A stretch of 63,914 nucleotides of DNA, counting the filler, from Chiloscyllium plagiosum (taxonomy: Eukaryota), in NCBI RefSeq assembly GCF_004010195.1. It is 4 parts of one record of this genome, joined end to end, with 100 filler letters (N's around TTAATTAATTAA, not from the genome) between each part and the next. Parts side by side here need not be neighbours in the genome. Positions count along the whole stretch, not along the records: positions 27,883 to 52,372 come from NC_057712.1; 3 more parts are not named here. One strand, given 5' to 3'. Under the pieces are notes generated by a model that was not told where the DNA came from, searched no databases, and worked only from the letters and a program-made list of their open reading frames with translations. Positions 37,401-49,306 of this stretch are shown piece after piece (the first letter of the stretch is position 1; each line of letters starts with the position of its first letter). The position numbers were made by a program, and so were the translations under genes.

Positions 37401-38412
37401 TGTATGATTCAAGTGTTGTGCCTAAAGCAAGGCCGGAAGTTCAGCCAGCATTTAGGGGTTTTTGTAGGAGGGGGTCGTCACGGGGGTGGGTACCCAGTAA
37501 AGATAGCCTCAATTGATGTGGGAGGGCAGCACATGCATGAACTGACAAGGACTTTCCAGGGTCAAGAGGCACAAAGTGCTGAGGCAGCTGTCATAGTCTA
37601 GTTACCTTCGGTCCCAAGTCCTTGGGATGCCAGGATGCCTTAACAATAAGGGGGAATTGCAGAACCAAGGCAAGGTCAGGGCAGAATAGTGCTAACTGCT
37701 CAGTGGTGAGCAGAACTTCCACAGCTACTCCCTCGAAGCCAACAAAACACAGTCCAGTCAGCGCTAGTGAGGAGGGCAAGGTGAGGTGGCGGTCAGCAAG
37801 CGCAGAGTAGGGTGAGCCTGGTTTGTGAGGGGAATGGACGTAGGAAACGGCCTGTCAGAACCACCCAGCGCAGGAAGGAGGTTGAGGGGGATGGAGGGGC
37901 ACTCAGCAAATTGGAAAGGAAGAGGTCAAGGAGGGCATGCACAGTTGTCTATGGGCATGACCAACTGTAGGTGTTCTTGACAGGGGAGGGTAAGTGCAGG
38001 CTGGTGTTAATGGCAGCCTGCAGCATGGAGTAATGAGAATCGGGAATGTCTAAGGTGAGACTCCTGGGAGAGCAGTGAATGGAGACATTTAATTTACAAA
38101 GTGTTTGGCGGACCAACAAGTCTATTGGACAGGATGAGGAAATTATAGCTGTGTCAGGGACTGTTGCTGGTCTGATACTAAAGCGCACCGGAAAAATGGC
38201 TCTACCAAGAATACTCCAGAGACACCCACAGTGCGGACAGTTTCGGAACTGAGGGGAAGTTCCACAGAGGGAGGCACAGATGAGTGTATGGCTCTCGAGT
38301 CCGTCAAAACTGAAATGAGATGACCTCCCCCCACATCCATCATTGGATTTTCAGATGGGGGGTGTGAGAATTGCATATAGGCTGCCTGCAAAACCTCCAT
38401 CCTGCAGAAGCC
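34435..38412 (-). pseudogene. pol: ERV pro-pol pseudogene (PR, extra domain, RT, RNase H, IN)
   Basis: PR LTDSRA..CPIDLL; RT SPCNTPVLP, IDLCSDFFSI, LPQGYTESP, YADD; RNase H SAQAAELFALTRAC, MDSRY; IN FTQLQIDF, SDKGTHFT, PQSSGMVE, TGLTPFEIL, FQPG. Confidence 0.95.
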
Positions 38413-38527
38413 CTAGGGTCTCAGGGTGGGGGAGGGCATGGAGGGGCATGATTTTGCTGAGAAAGTGAAGGTGGTGCATAGGTGGAAGCATCCGGCTGCT
38501 GCTGAGGGGCCATTAACCCACAAGCCA

Positions 38528-39212
38528 TGATGAATGTTGAGATTAGCGATAGAAGTTTAATTACTCTGGATCATGTTGATATAAGTAGGGAAGATGTGTT
38601 GGGTAGGCTAGAGATTATTAAGGTGGACAAATCCCCAGGACCAGATGGGATCTCTCCCAGGTTGCTGAGGGAGGTGAGAGGGAAAATAGCTGAGGCCCTG
38701 ACAGATATCTTTGTGGCATCCTTAAATACAGGTGAGGTGCCGGAGGACTGTAAGGTTGCTTATGTTGTCCCCCTGTATAAGAAGGGTGGTAGGGATATTC
38801 CGTGTAACTACAGACTAGTGAGCCTGACATCAGTGGTGGAAATGTTGCCGGAGAAGGTACTGAGGGATAAAATCTATTTATATTTGGAAAAGAATGGGCT
38901 TGTCAGTGATAGGCCACATGGTTTTATGTGGGGTAGATCATGCCTTACCAACTTTAAATAAAGTTCTTTGAGGAAGTGACCAAGTTGATAGATGAAAGAA
39001 GGGCTGTTGATGTCATATACATGGACTTTAGTAAGGTGTTTGATAAAGTTCCCCATGGTAGACTAATAGAAAAAGTGAAGTCACATGGTGTGCAGGGTGT
39101 TCTAGCTGGATGGATAAAGAATTGGTTGAGCAATAGGAGACAGAGAGTAGTAGTTGAAGGGAGTTTCTTGAAATGGAGAAAGGTGACCAGTGCTGTTCCA
39201 CAGGGATCAGTT
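38528..39212 (+). mobile_element. CR1 LINE RT fragment
   Basis: KSPGPDGISPRLL..DFSKVFDKVPHGRL..VPQGSVL. Confidence 0.93.
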
Positions 39213-39312
39213 CTGAAGCCTGCCAGAAGAAGGGCTCATGCCCGAAACGTCGATTCCCCTGCTCCTTGGATGCTGCCTGACATGCTGCACTTTTCCAGCA
39301 ACACATTTTCAG
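39213..39312 (+). mobile_element. Family A Penelope-terminus fragment
   Basis: CAGAAGAAGGGCTCATGCCCGAAACGTCG; the CUGA core is mutated. Confidence 0.8.
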
Positions 39313-39903
39313 CACGGGCCCTATTCTTTCCCTAGTTATCCTTTTGTCCTTAATGTATTTGTAAAAACCCTTTGGATTCTCCTTAACTCTATTTGTCAAA
39401 CCTATTTCATGTCCCCTTTTTGCCGTCCTGATTTCCCTCTTAAGTATACTCCTACTTCCTTTATATTCTTCTAAGGATTCACTNNNNNNNCCATCATTAT
39501 TTTAAATCTAATAGAATTATGGTCGCTGGCCCCAAAGTGCTCCCACACTGACACCCCTACCATAACCACCCTATTATTCTTACAGATAGCTGAGATCTCC
39601 TTACAAGTTTGTTTCTCAATTTCCCTCTGACTATTAGGGTTTTTTTAATACAATCCCAATAAGGTGATCATCCCTTTCTTATTTCTCAGTTCCACTCAAA
39701 TAACTTCCTTGGATGTATTTCCGGGAATATCCTCCCTCAGCACAGCTGTAATGCTATCCCTTATCAAAAATGCCACTCCTCTCTTGCCTCCCTTTCTATC
39801 CTTCCTGCAGCATTTGTATCCTGGAACATTAAGCTGCCAGTCCTGCCCATCCTTGAGCCATGTTTCTGTAATTGATATGATATCCCAGTCCCTGTTTCCC
39901 AAC
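39313..39903 (-). mobile_element. CR1 LINE endonuclease fragment
   Basis: DIISITETWL..GVAFLIRD; NRVKENPKGFYKYI. Confidence 0.9.
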
Positions 39904-42098
39904 TCTGTCTGGAAGGATCCAGTGGAACAAAACAGGTAAAGGGTCAGCTGGAAAATGGGAAAGTTCCAAGAAAGATATAACAAGAGTCCAGAGACAATAT
40001 GTTCCTGTTAGGGTGAAGGACGAGGCTGGTATGTATAGGGAACGCTGGCTGACTAGAGAAATTGAGGTTTTGGTCAAGAAAAAGAAGGAAGCATATGTCA
40101 GGTATAGACAGCAGAGATCGAATGAATCCTTAGAAGATTATAAAGGCAGTAGGAGTATACTTAAGAGGGAAATGAGGAGGACAAAAAGAGGACATGAGAT
40201 AGCTTTGGCAAATAGGGTTAAGGAGAACCCAAAGGAATTGTACAAATAAATTAATGGCAAAAGGGTAACCAGGGAGAGAACAGGACCCCTCAAAGATCAG
40301 CAAGGGGCCCTTTGCGTGGAACAGCATGAGATGGAGGAGATAGTAAACAAATATTTTGCATCAGTGTTTACTGTGGAGAAGGACATGGGACATGGGGAAA
40401 TAAGTATCGACATCTTGAAAAATACCCATTTTACACATAAGGAGGTGCTTGATGGCTTAAAACACATAAAAGTGGATAAATCCCCAGGACCTAATCAGGT
40501 GTACCCTAGAACTCTGGGAAAATAAGGAAGTGGTTGCTGGCCATTTTCTGAGACATTTGTATCATTGATAGTCATTGGTGAGGTGCCATGGCTATTGTGG
40601 TGCCACTATTTAAAAAAGGATGTAAGGAAAAGCCAAGGAACAATAGACAAGTGAGCCTGACCTCGGTGGTGGGCACGTTGTTGGTGGGAATCCTGAGGGA
40701 CAGGATGTACATGTATTTGGAAAGGCAAGGACTGATTAGGGATAGTCAACACGCTTTGTGCGTGGCAAATCATATTTGACAAACTTGATTAAATTTTTTT
40801 GAAGAAGTAACAAAGAGGATTGATGAGGTGGATGTGATCTGCATGGATTCCAGTAAGGTGTTTGACAAGGTTCCCCATAGCAGACTGGTTAGCAACGTTA
40901 GATCTCACGGAAAACAGGGACAACTAGCCATTTGGATACAGAACTGGCTCAAAGGTAGAAGACAGAGGGTGGTGGTGGAGGGTTGTGTTCAGACTGGAGG
41001 CTTGTGACCAGTGGTGTGCCACAAAGATTGGTGCCGGGTCCATTGCTTTTCGTCATTTATATAAATGAGTTGGATGTGAACATAGGAGGCATAGTTAGTA
41101 AGTTTGCAGATAACACCAAAATTGGAAGTGTAGTGGACAGTGAAGAATGTTACATCAGAGTACAACAGGATTTTGATCAGATGGCTCAAAGGAGTGGCAC
41201 ACAGAGTTTAATTTAGATAAATTGAGGTTTGGAACGGCAGGAGGTAAGCAATAATGGTACCAAAAGAGAAAATGCTGAAGCAATAATGGTAATTTCCTGG
41301 GGAGTGTTTCTGAACAAAGAGATCTTGGAGTGCAAGTTCATAGCTCCTTGAAAATAGAGTTTCAGGCAGATAGGGTAGAAAATGAAGACATTTGGTATTC
41401 TTGGTATTCTTGTCTTCATTGGTCAGTCTATTGAGTATTGGAATTGAGAGATTTAGTGGGCGGCACGGTGGCACAGTGGTTAGCACTGCTGCCTCACAGC
41501 TAATCTAATCTAATCTAGATCATATTGCGGCTGCACAGAACATTGGTGAGGCCACTTTTGGGATATTGTGTTCAAGTATGGTCTCCCTGCTGTAGGAAAG
41601 ATGTTGTGAAACTTGAAATGGTTTATAAGGACATTACCAGGTTGGACGGTTTGAGCTGTAGGGAGAGGCTGAATAGGCTGGGGCTAGTTTCCCTGGAGTG
41701 TCGAAGGCTGAGGGTTGACCTTACAGAAATTTATAAAATTATGAGGGGCATGGATAGGGAAAATAGACAAGGTCTTTTCCCTAGGTTAGGGGAATCCAAA
41801 ACTGGATAGTACAGGTTTAAGGTGAGAGAGAAAAAGATATAAAAGGACCTAAGGGGCAACTTTTTCATGCAGAGAGAAGTGTGTGTATGGAATGAGCTGC
41901 CAGAGGAAGTGGTTGTGGCTGGTACAATTACAGCACTTAAAAGGACTCTGGATGGATATATGAAGAGGAAGGATTTAGAGGGATATGGGCCAAATGCTGA
42001 CAAATGGGACTAGATTTATCTAGGATATCTGGTTGGCATTGACGAGTTGGGCCAAAGGGTCTGTTTCCCTGCTGTACATCTCTATGACTCTATGACTC
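39904..42098 (+). mobile_element. CR1 (HER1-like) LINE, 5'-truncated, with (CTATGACT)n tail
   Basis: Tether and RT motifs in order; 3' UTR and tail at ~42080-42098. Confidence 0.95.
41458..41516 (+). mobile_element. Internally deleted V-SINE (tRNA head + (TAATC)n tail)
   Basis: GGGCGGCACGGTGGCACAGTGGTTAGCACTGCTGCCTCACAGC joined directly to TAATCTAATCTAATCT. Confidence 0.85.
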
Positions 42099-44170
42099 TG
42101 AAATGCAGTGCTGACTTCCCTTGATAAAAGAATTGTCACTTAGCTGCTAATAGTGTGCTGAAAACCCTCAACCAGATGCTAACATATTGCCTTATTAATC
42201 CCAGAAGGAAATGCAGCTTTCAACTTGCACTGAAGCCTAAGCAAAACCTATTGGGTTTGAAACTTTGAGTGGCTATTGATAATCAGCTTCAGTGATGTCT
42301 CGCTTTATTTCTTCTCACCCCAAGATAGAAATAGCAACAACTCTATCAAGAGATCCATCATACCTTCACAAAATTGAACTGTGTAGGCAGCTGACTAAAA
42401 AAGTAATAGCTAAATGTCTGACAGAAATGTCCAATGTACCATTCAGACACAGGCTAAGTAAAACTAATCTCATGTTTCGGCAAAGAAAATAGTCTTCTCA
42501 GCTCAGATTAATATACCATCGTGATGCTCATACCAATAATTGTAGGGACATGATAATATTTGGGATGGGTAGATGCTATGTTAGAGACATTGGGAATAAT
42601 TTTAAGTTTGTGGAGTGGATAGGAGACTAAAAATAATGAATTGATCACACATCCGCCACTTACAGATTTAAAAGAGCTGGGCTAATTAGAGTCAGGTGAA
42701 GCACCTGTTCTCAGGACATGCACTAATCAAAAGTACCTTCATTTCAACATAACGTTCATTCTTATATAAAAGGGAAGACATGAATGGCTGCACCAACAGC
42801 TAAGTGTCTTTCACGTATTGTTTTGGGGCAAGCAGATTAGAGACGTCCCAGGGACTGCTCTCTGTGAATGCCAGATCACTCACTGCTGCTCTAAACCATA
42901 GGTCAGCCCACCTGACAATCAGCCAGCCTTCAACCTGCCTGACCTGGTCTTCATACAAAGTTGGATTCTTCAATTCTCAATGCCTCAGCCACTAAAGCTC
43001 CTGTGCCATCTCAATAGCTTTCTCACTCCTGCTTATTTTAAAAGTCAATGGCTCAGAGGGATTAGCCATACCTTTACAGTGACCTTTTACAGTTGGCCTT
43101 TTACAGTTAAACAGATTGTCAGGCAAAAAGTTGTCAAGTTTCTGGGGTTGTTTAATTCCAGCATTATTTTAAATTAACAATACCAACTTAAGCGGCATTA
43201 CTCACTTGAGCGCAAGATAAAATTTAGCCCATCTGGTTGCTTATGTGTATTGTGAAAATATGCTAAAAATTGATGATTGTTCACTGTTTTGTTGCCAAGT
43301 ACATCGACCTCTTCAAAATTATTAATTGTTACCAATTAAAACATGAAAATATATTTTATGCTAATGTCAATTTCACCCATTTTAACAAGCAGTTTTGAAA
43401 CAATCTGTTATTGAAAAAGATTGTAACAGCTGGTCTTTATGAAATAAATATGAAATAAAAATATTATAAAATCAGAAGCTGGCATCCTAATATTTCATAA
43501 AATGTTGCAGAGTTTTAGTTTGTACGACATTTCTCAAGCACTATCTCAAATGCTTTCTAGATGACCTAGAATTTGCAACACTGTTTTCAAAGTACATTCT
43601 ATAATGCATTCTGGACAAAATTAATTTTCCCCCTAATTATGTTCAATGCTCAAATTTTTATAGATAGTTTAATTATAATGTTTAAAATTTCTATTTTAAG
43701 TAAGGTCATACAGCACATAAATAAGCCATTCTTCCCATTGTGTTAGTGCTAGCAATTTGAAACAACTATCTTTGTCCTGTACTCCTCCCCTATGCTTTCC
43801 TCATAAATTTTCATTATCACATATTTATCCGACTCTCTTGTGGAAGTCTCTACTGAATCTGTTTCATCCACACCTTCAGGTCATTCCACCTTGAAGCATG
43901 AAATAATTCACTTTGTCTCCCAACAGTTTGAAAATTACCTAAAATGTGTATCTTCTAACAGTGGGAGAAACTTTTCCTTATTTACTTGATCTCATAATTT
44001 GGATACCTCTATTAAATCTTACCATAATCTTATTTAAACACACTATGTTTAATAAAGCTTTAAATAAATTAAAAAGTTTTGTGTCAAACTAGTCAAGGTC
44101 TGACAAAACAAATCTCAACTAACCAAATTTCATTGAAAAGGTGGTTGGAAAAGACATAAAGCAATAGATT

Positions 44171-44485
44171 AGCATGGTGGCTCACTGGTTAGCAATGCTC
44201 CCTCTCAGTGCCAGGGACCTGGGTTTGATTCCACCACTGGGAGACTGTGTAGTTTGCTCATTCTCCCCGTGTCTGCATGGGTTTCCTCCAGGTATTCTGG
44301 TTTCCTCCCACAGTCTAAATGTCCAGATTAGATGGATTGGCCATGCTAAAATTATTCATAGTGTTCAGGGATGTGTTAGGCTAGGGTTCTGGAATACAAC
44401 AGGGTCTGGGTGGGGTGCTCTTCAGGGAGTTTGTATGAACACGATGGGTCAAATGGCCTCCTCCCACACTGTAGGGATTCTATGG
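44171..44485 (+). mobile_element. V-SINE (HE1-like)
   Basis: tRNA head, V-domain and tail ACACTGTAGGGATTCTATG. Confidence 0.88.
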
Positions 44486-45479
44486 CACTGAAACAGCTCC
44501 TCAGTTTCGTTCTTTTGAACTACTGGATATGTATCATGCTGGCAAAAGTTGACAACATTTCATAAAATAAAGCTACATCTACCTATATATTTTTCAGAAA
44601 GTAATTTAGGATAACATGTACACCCTTCTGCTTTCTTTGCCTGCTCAAAATCAGCACTGAACTAATCTGAGATAAATTTCAGACATACCCAGAGGATCAT
44701 GAGACAAGTGACTGGACTTGCATTTTGTTTAATGCTTGCATTTATTATGGATGCAAATATAGATGCTGGACGCCCACCCTTTGGGAATAATGCAGAAGTT
44801 GCGATACACAAATTAGACATTGTTACATTGCTCCCTAAATGCAAATGGAAATGAAATGATGTCATGATTTAATGTCTCAACTGAAAATGAGCTAAAATTA
44901 TATAGCACATTATTGGTGCTACAGTAAAGCAAAAACACAGATGATTTGCTCGTATTCTATGCTTGAAATATTTGTCAGATGCCATTTCTTGGTGTAAATA
45001 TAGACTTGAGCCCACCCTTGGTTTTGACCTGAATTTTACCGCACCCTTCAATTTAAATAACTTCCATAGTCTTGGAAAATATCTGGTGCTTCCTGATAAC
45101 CTTCGTGCTTATACACAATCAATTACACCCTGATTGGAAATTATAAGCAAAATATCCTGGGCCAGGACATCTTATGACTGTCTTTAGGCTATTTGTAAAG
45201 GCATTGTTTTAATATTATTACTGGACACAATTCCAGCCAGAACTATCACATGAATCCCACTTCCACTCCTATGATCAACTGGAATTCCTGGTCTTAAGAA
45301 GTGTGACTGCATCTCCCACAAGATGTGTCCCAATGTAGGCCCAGGTATGGGTACATCCCCGTGTCAAGCACCAGGACAGCAATTATCCGAATTAACATTA
45401 CACACTGATAACATTCCTCAGAATCATTACAGGCATTTTCTGGAATATTTCAAATTTCCAGTGTCTGCACTATTTTGCA

Positions 45480-46260
45480 TTTGCATGGCCTCTCAGTCAG
45501 ATTCTTGTGGGTTCAAGTGGCATTTTGGAGCCTTGAGCACAAACTCCAGTCTGAAAGTGTCATGTAAAACTGGGGTGGTGCTGCTTTAGTCACAGCAGCC
45601 TCCTGTTCTAGAGGTAGGAATACTACCATTGCACCACAAGAGCCTAGTAACTATTTTGCAGATTCAATGTTAACTGAGAACCCCCCTGTAGGTAGGTATA
45701 AAATATCCTATTAAAAGTGAAGCAAAAAGCAAGGGAGTCTTCCTGGCTCGTATTTATCATTCTATCAAATGACTGAAACAGATGGGTGGCACAGTGGCTT
45801 AGTGGTTAGCATTGCTGCATTTCAGTACCGTTGACCTGCGTTTGAATCCAGCCAACAGACAGATGACTATGTGTGTGAAGTTTGCACATTCTCCCTACGT
45901 CTGCGTGGGTTTCCTTCGGGTGCTACGGTTTCCTCCTTCAATCCAAAGATGCACACCTTAGGTGGATTGGGTTAGGGATGTATGGGTTAGGTGCATTAGT
46001 CGGGTAAATGTAGAGTCTGGGTGGGTTACTCTTCGGAGGGTCGGTATGGACTTGTTGGGCCTAATGGCCTATTTCTACACTGTAGGAATTCTATGATGAT
46101 TGGGTTTTTATTTGTTTGATACCTCTAGGGCCTGGCTGTTTGCAAATTGGTGATGTATTTCCACATTTTAATGGCAATTAAACTTTAAAAGTACTCCTCT
46201 AGCTATGAAGTGTTGAGGTTACGAAAGACTATACATAAATGTATCTTGTTGCTTCTTTCT
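45480..46260 (+). mobile_element. Ancient Deu-domain SINE split by a V-SINE
   Basis: Head GTGGGTTCAAGT..CTTGAGCACAAA; core GGGAGTCTTCCTGG..ATTTATC; tail GCAAATTGG..AAAAGTACT..ATAAATG. Confidence 0.65.
45784..46097 (+). mobile_element. V-SINE (HE1-like)
   Basis: tRNA head, V-domain and tail ACACTGTAGGAATTCTATGAT. Confidence 0.88.
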
Positions 46261-48071
46261 GGCACATTGTGATGTACACCCAGTTCTGGCTGCTCCAGTG
46301 GATGCCTGCCAAGGTTATTGTGGGACTTTTGGAGATTTGCAAGGTTCTGGATTGAGAATCAAACCCACAACCCCATGACTTAAAGATGAGATTGCTACTA
46401 ACTAATACTTTAAATTCACTTTCGCCATCTCATTTTAATTACTTGTTCAGCTATGTTTTTATCACAATGTGTGGTGACAAACTGTGGGTTACTGCCAACA
46501 ACACAGACGTGACTTCATAGCTGGTGATCTATCAGGTCAACCACTCATGGGATAGAAATCAAGTGTTTGTTCCCAGATTTGTTTTATTGTAAGATTGTTA
46601 ATAAAAGTTTGTTGTGCATTGTACAATTGTAATATTTTATAGGCCATGCTGTCAAGACTTCAGATAAAACAGATACACAGTTTGTACAAAGGTTTAAGTA
46701 TAAATAGGATTAAATCAAATGCGTGAATAGATTGTGTAAATTGTGATTATGTTTCTGCTGAGTCAGATTTAGTACCTTTTGGTACCTTGTACTAAAGAAA
46801 TTTAACCAAATTTGAAAACTAGATTAGCTGTTATATAGAGTTCAAAAATGGGTGGAGAAAGTCTGAAGTGATAATAAAGCTGATAAGATGAATTTTAATG
46901 TGTTCCAAAGTTCTATCACCCCAGAGAAATCAACAGGAAATCATTATTCCCACAAAGATATTTTAATCCAGCATCACTTTTTAAAAGCCTTTTGACTGAC
47001 AGTGCATTTAGTGCTTGTCAATGCAAGAGAATTGGTATCGTTTCCATCTTTCCTGACAAAAAGGCCCTAATTCATGCTACAATCTGCTTGTATAGCACGC
47101 AAAACAACATTTTTCTTGGTACATGTGACAACAATAAATCAAACTCAAATGTCAGGCGCTTTTACTTTTAGACTAGGTGCAGAATGCAGGGCCTTGATAT
47201 GGATGGGTAAGCACACTAGAATCGTCAAAATGGGCAGCAGACCAGGAGTGCCTTATGTCATTCTCGCCCATATTTACTGGTATATAAATGACCTGCCAGT
47301 ATCCAGTAATTGGTTAACTGATCAATGGAAGGGAATTAGCATTATAGGAGGCTGCAATCACAAAACCATGAGAAAGACAGAGAGAGAGAGCTGCTTGCAG
47401 TCAGTGGTGGGCTTAGAAGTGATTGGGTTGGATTTAGCTGCAAATGGGTTCGGGCAAAGATGTGTGGGGAGCAGGCAGTGTTTGGGAGTGGAATGGGGGT
47501 AGAGCCCTGGTGTGTCCGGCTTTGATCATGGGATTGAGGGGCCAGGAAATCCCACCTGGATGTGCAAAAGAGGAATTGGGGCTAGTTTCAGCCACGTCGG
47601 CTCATCAGCCCTTTCCTGTGGCAAATTCAAAATTTCCTAAGTGGTAGCACACATTCTTTTGTAATGGCCCTTTTCAAGATAGATATCAAAGTGGAGAGTG
47701 GGATTAACAGCATGATTTCAATTCAAAATGTGTTGTGATAAAGCTCTTAATCTCCCATTCCCACCTGCATTTCCTTCACTCCAGAGACAGATGTGTATCT
47801 AAAATCCCAAGAGAGGAAGATGATTTTAGTTCAATTAACTACTGGGAAAACAATTTTGATCCCTGACCCAGGCTTCTCCTGGACTTTGTGCAGGCTGATT
47901 AAAATCATACAAATTATCAAAGCCTCATTAGGTACCGATCTGAGACTGAAACTCCACATCATATCCATCGATTGCTAATTGTTACCTCATAATATTACAA
48001 GGTAATACCAAAGATGGAGGCCATTTGCTCCAACCTGGTTCTTAGTGCTTCACATTAGAATTACTCCATAT

Positions 48072-48547
48072 GGAGTCATAGAGATGTACAGCATGGAAAC
48101 AGACCCTTCGGTCCAACCCATCCACGCTGACCAGATATCCCAACCCAATCTAGTCCTACCTGCCAGCACCCGGCCCATATCCCTCCAAACTCTTCCTATT
48201 CATACACCCATCCAAATGCCTCTTAAATCTTGCAATTGTACCAGCCTCCACCACTTCCTCTGGCAGCTCATTCCATACACGTACCACCCTCTGCGTGAAA
48301 AGGTTGCTCCTTAGGTCCCTTTTATATCTTTCCCCTCTCAACCTAAACCTATGCATTTTAGTTCTGGACTCCCTGACCCCAGGGAAAAGACTTTGTCTAT
48401 TTATCCTATCTATGCCCCTCATAATTTTGTAAGCCTCTATAAGGTCACCCCTCAGCCTCCGATGCGCCAGGGAAAACAGCCCCAACCTGTTCAGCTTCTC
48501 CCTATAGCTCAAATCCTCCAACCCTGGCAACATCCTTGTAAATCTTT
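48072..48547 (-). mobile_element. CR1 (HER1-like) 3' end running into an N gap
   Basis: RFTRMLPGLEDLSYRE..FTQRVVRVWNELP and 3' UTR. Confidence 0.93.
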
Positions 48548-49306
48548 NNNNNNNNNNNNNNNNNNNNNNNNNNNNNNNNNNNNNNNNNNNNNNNNNNNNN
48601 NNNNNNNNNNNNNNNNNNNNNNNNNNNNNNNNNNNNNNNNNNNNNNNNNNNNNNNNNNNNNNNNNNNNNNNNNNNNNNNNNNNNNNNNNNNNNNNNNNNN
48701 NNNNNNNNNNNNNNNNNNNNNNNNNNNNNNNNNNNNNNNNNNNNNNNNNNNNNNNNNNNNNNNNNNNNNNNNNNNNNNNNNNNNNNNNNNNNNNNNNNNN
48801 NNNNNNNNNNNNNNNNNNNNNNNNNNNNNNNNNNNNNNNNNNNNNNNNNNNNNNNNNNNNNNNNNNNNNNNNNNNNNNNNNNNNNNNNNNNNNNNNNNNN
48901 NNNNNNNNNNNNNNNNNNNNNNNNNNNNNNNNNNNNNNNNNNNNNNNNNNNNNNNNNNNNNNNNNNNNNNNNNNNNNNNNNNNNNNNNNNNNNNNNNNNN
49001 NNNNNNNNNNNNNNNNNNNNNNNNNNNNNNNNNNNNNNNNNNNNNNNNNNNNNNNNNNNNNNNNNNNNNNNNNNNNNNNNNNNNNNNNNNNNNNNNNNNN
49101 NNNNNNNNNNNNNNNNNNNNNNNNNNNNNNNNNNNNNNNNNNNNNNNNNNNNNNNNNNNNNNNNNNNNNNNNNNNNNNNNNNNNNNNNNNNNNNNNNNNN
49201 NNNNNNNNNNNNNNNNNNNNNNNNNNNNNNNNNNNNNNNNNNNNNNNNNNNNNNNNNNNNNNNNNNNNNNNNNNNNNNNNNNNNNNNNNNNNNNNNNNNN
49301 NNNNNN

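Larger units (their letters stand above)
32174..38527 (-). mobile_element. Degenerate class I endogenous retrovirus (epsilon/gamma-like), 5'-truncated (5' LTR and most of gag missing)
   Basis: Colinear PR, RT (QYADDLL), RNase H, IN, env, PPT and 3' LTR. Confidence 0.95.
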
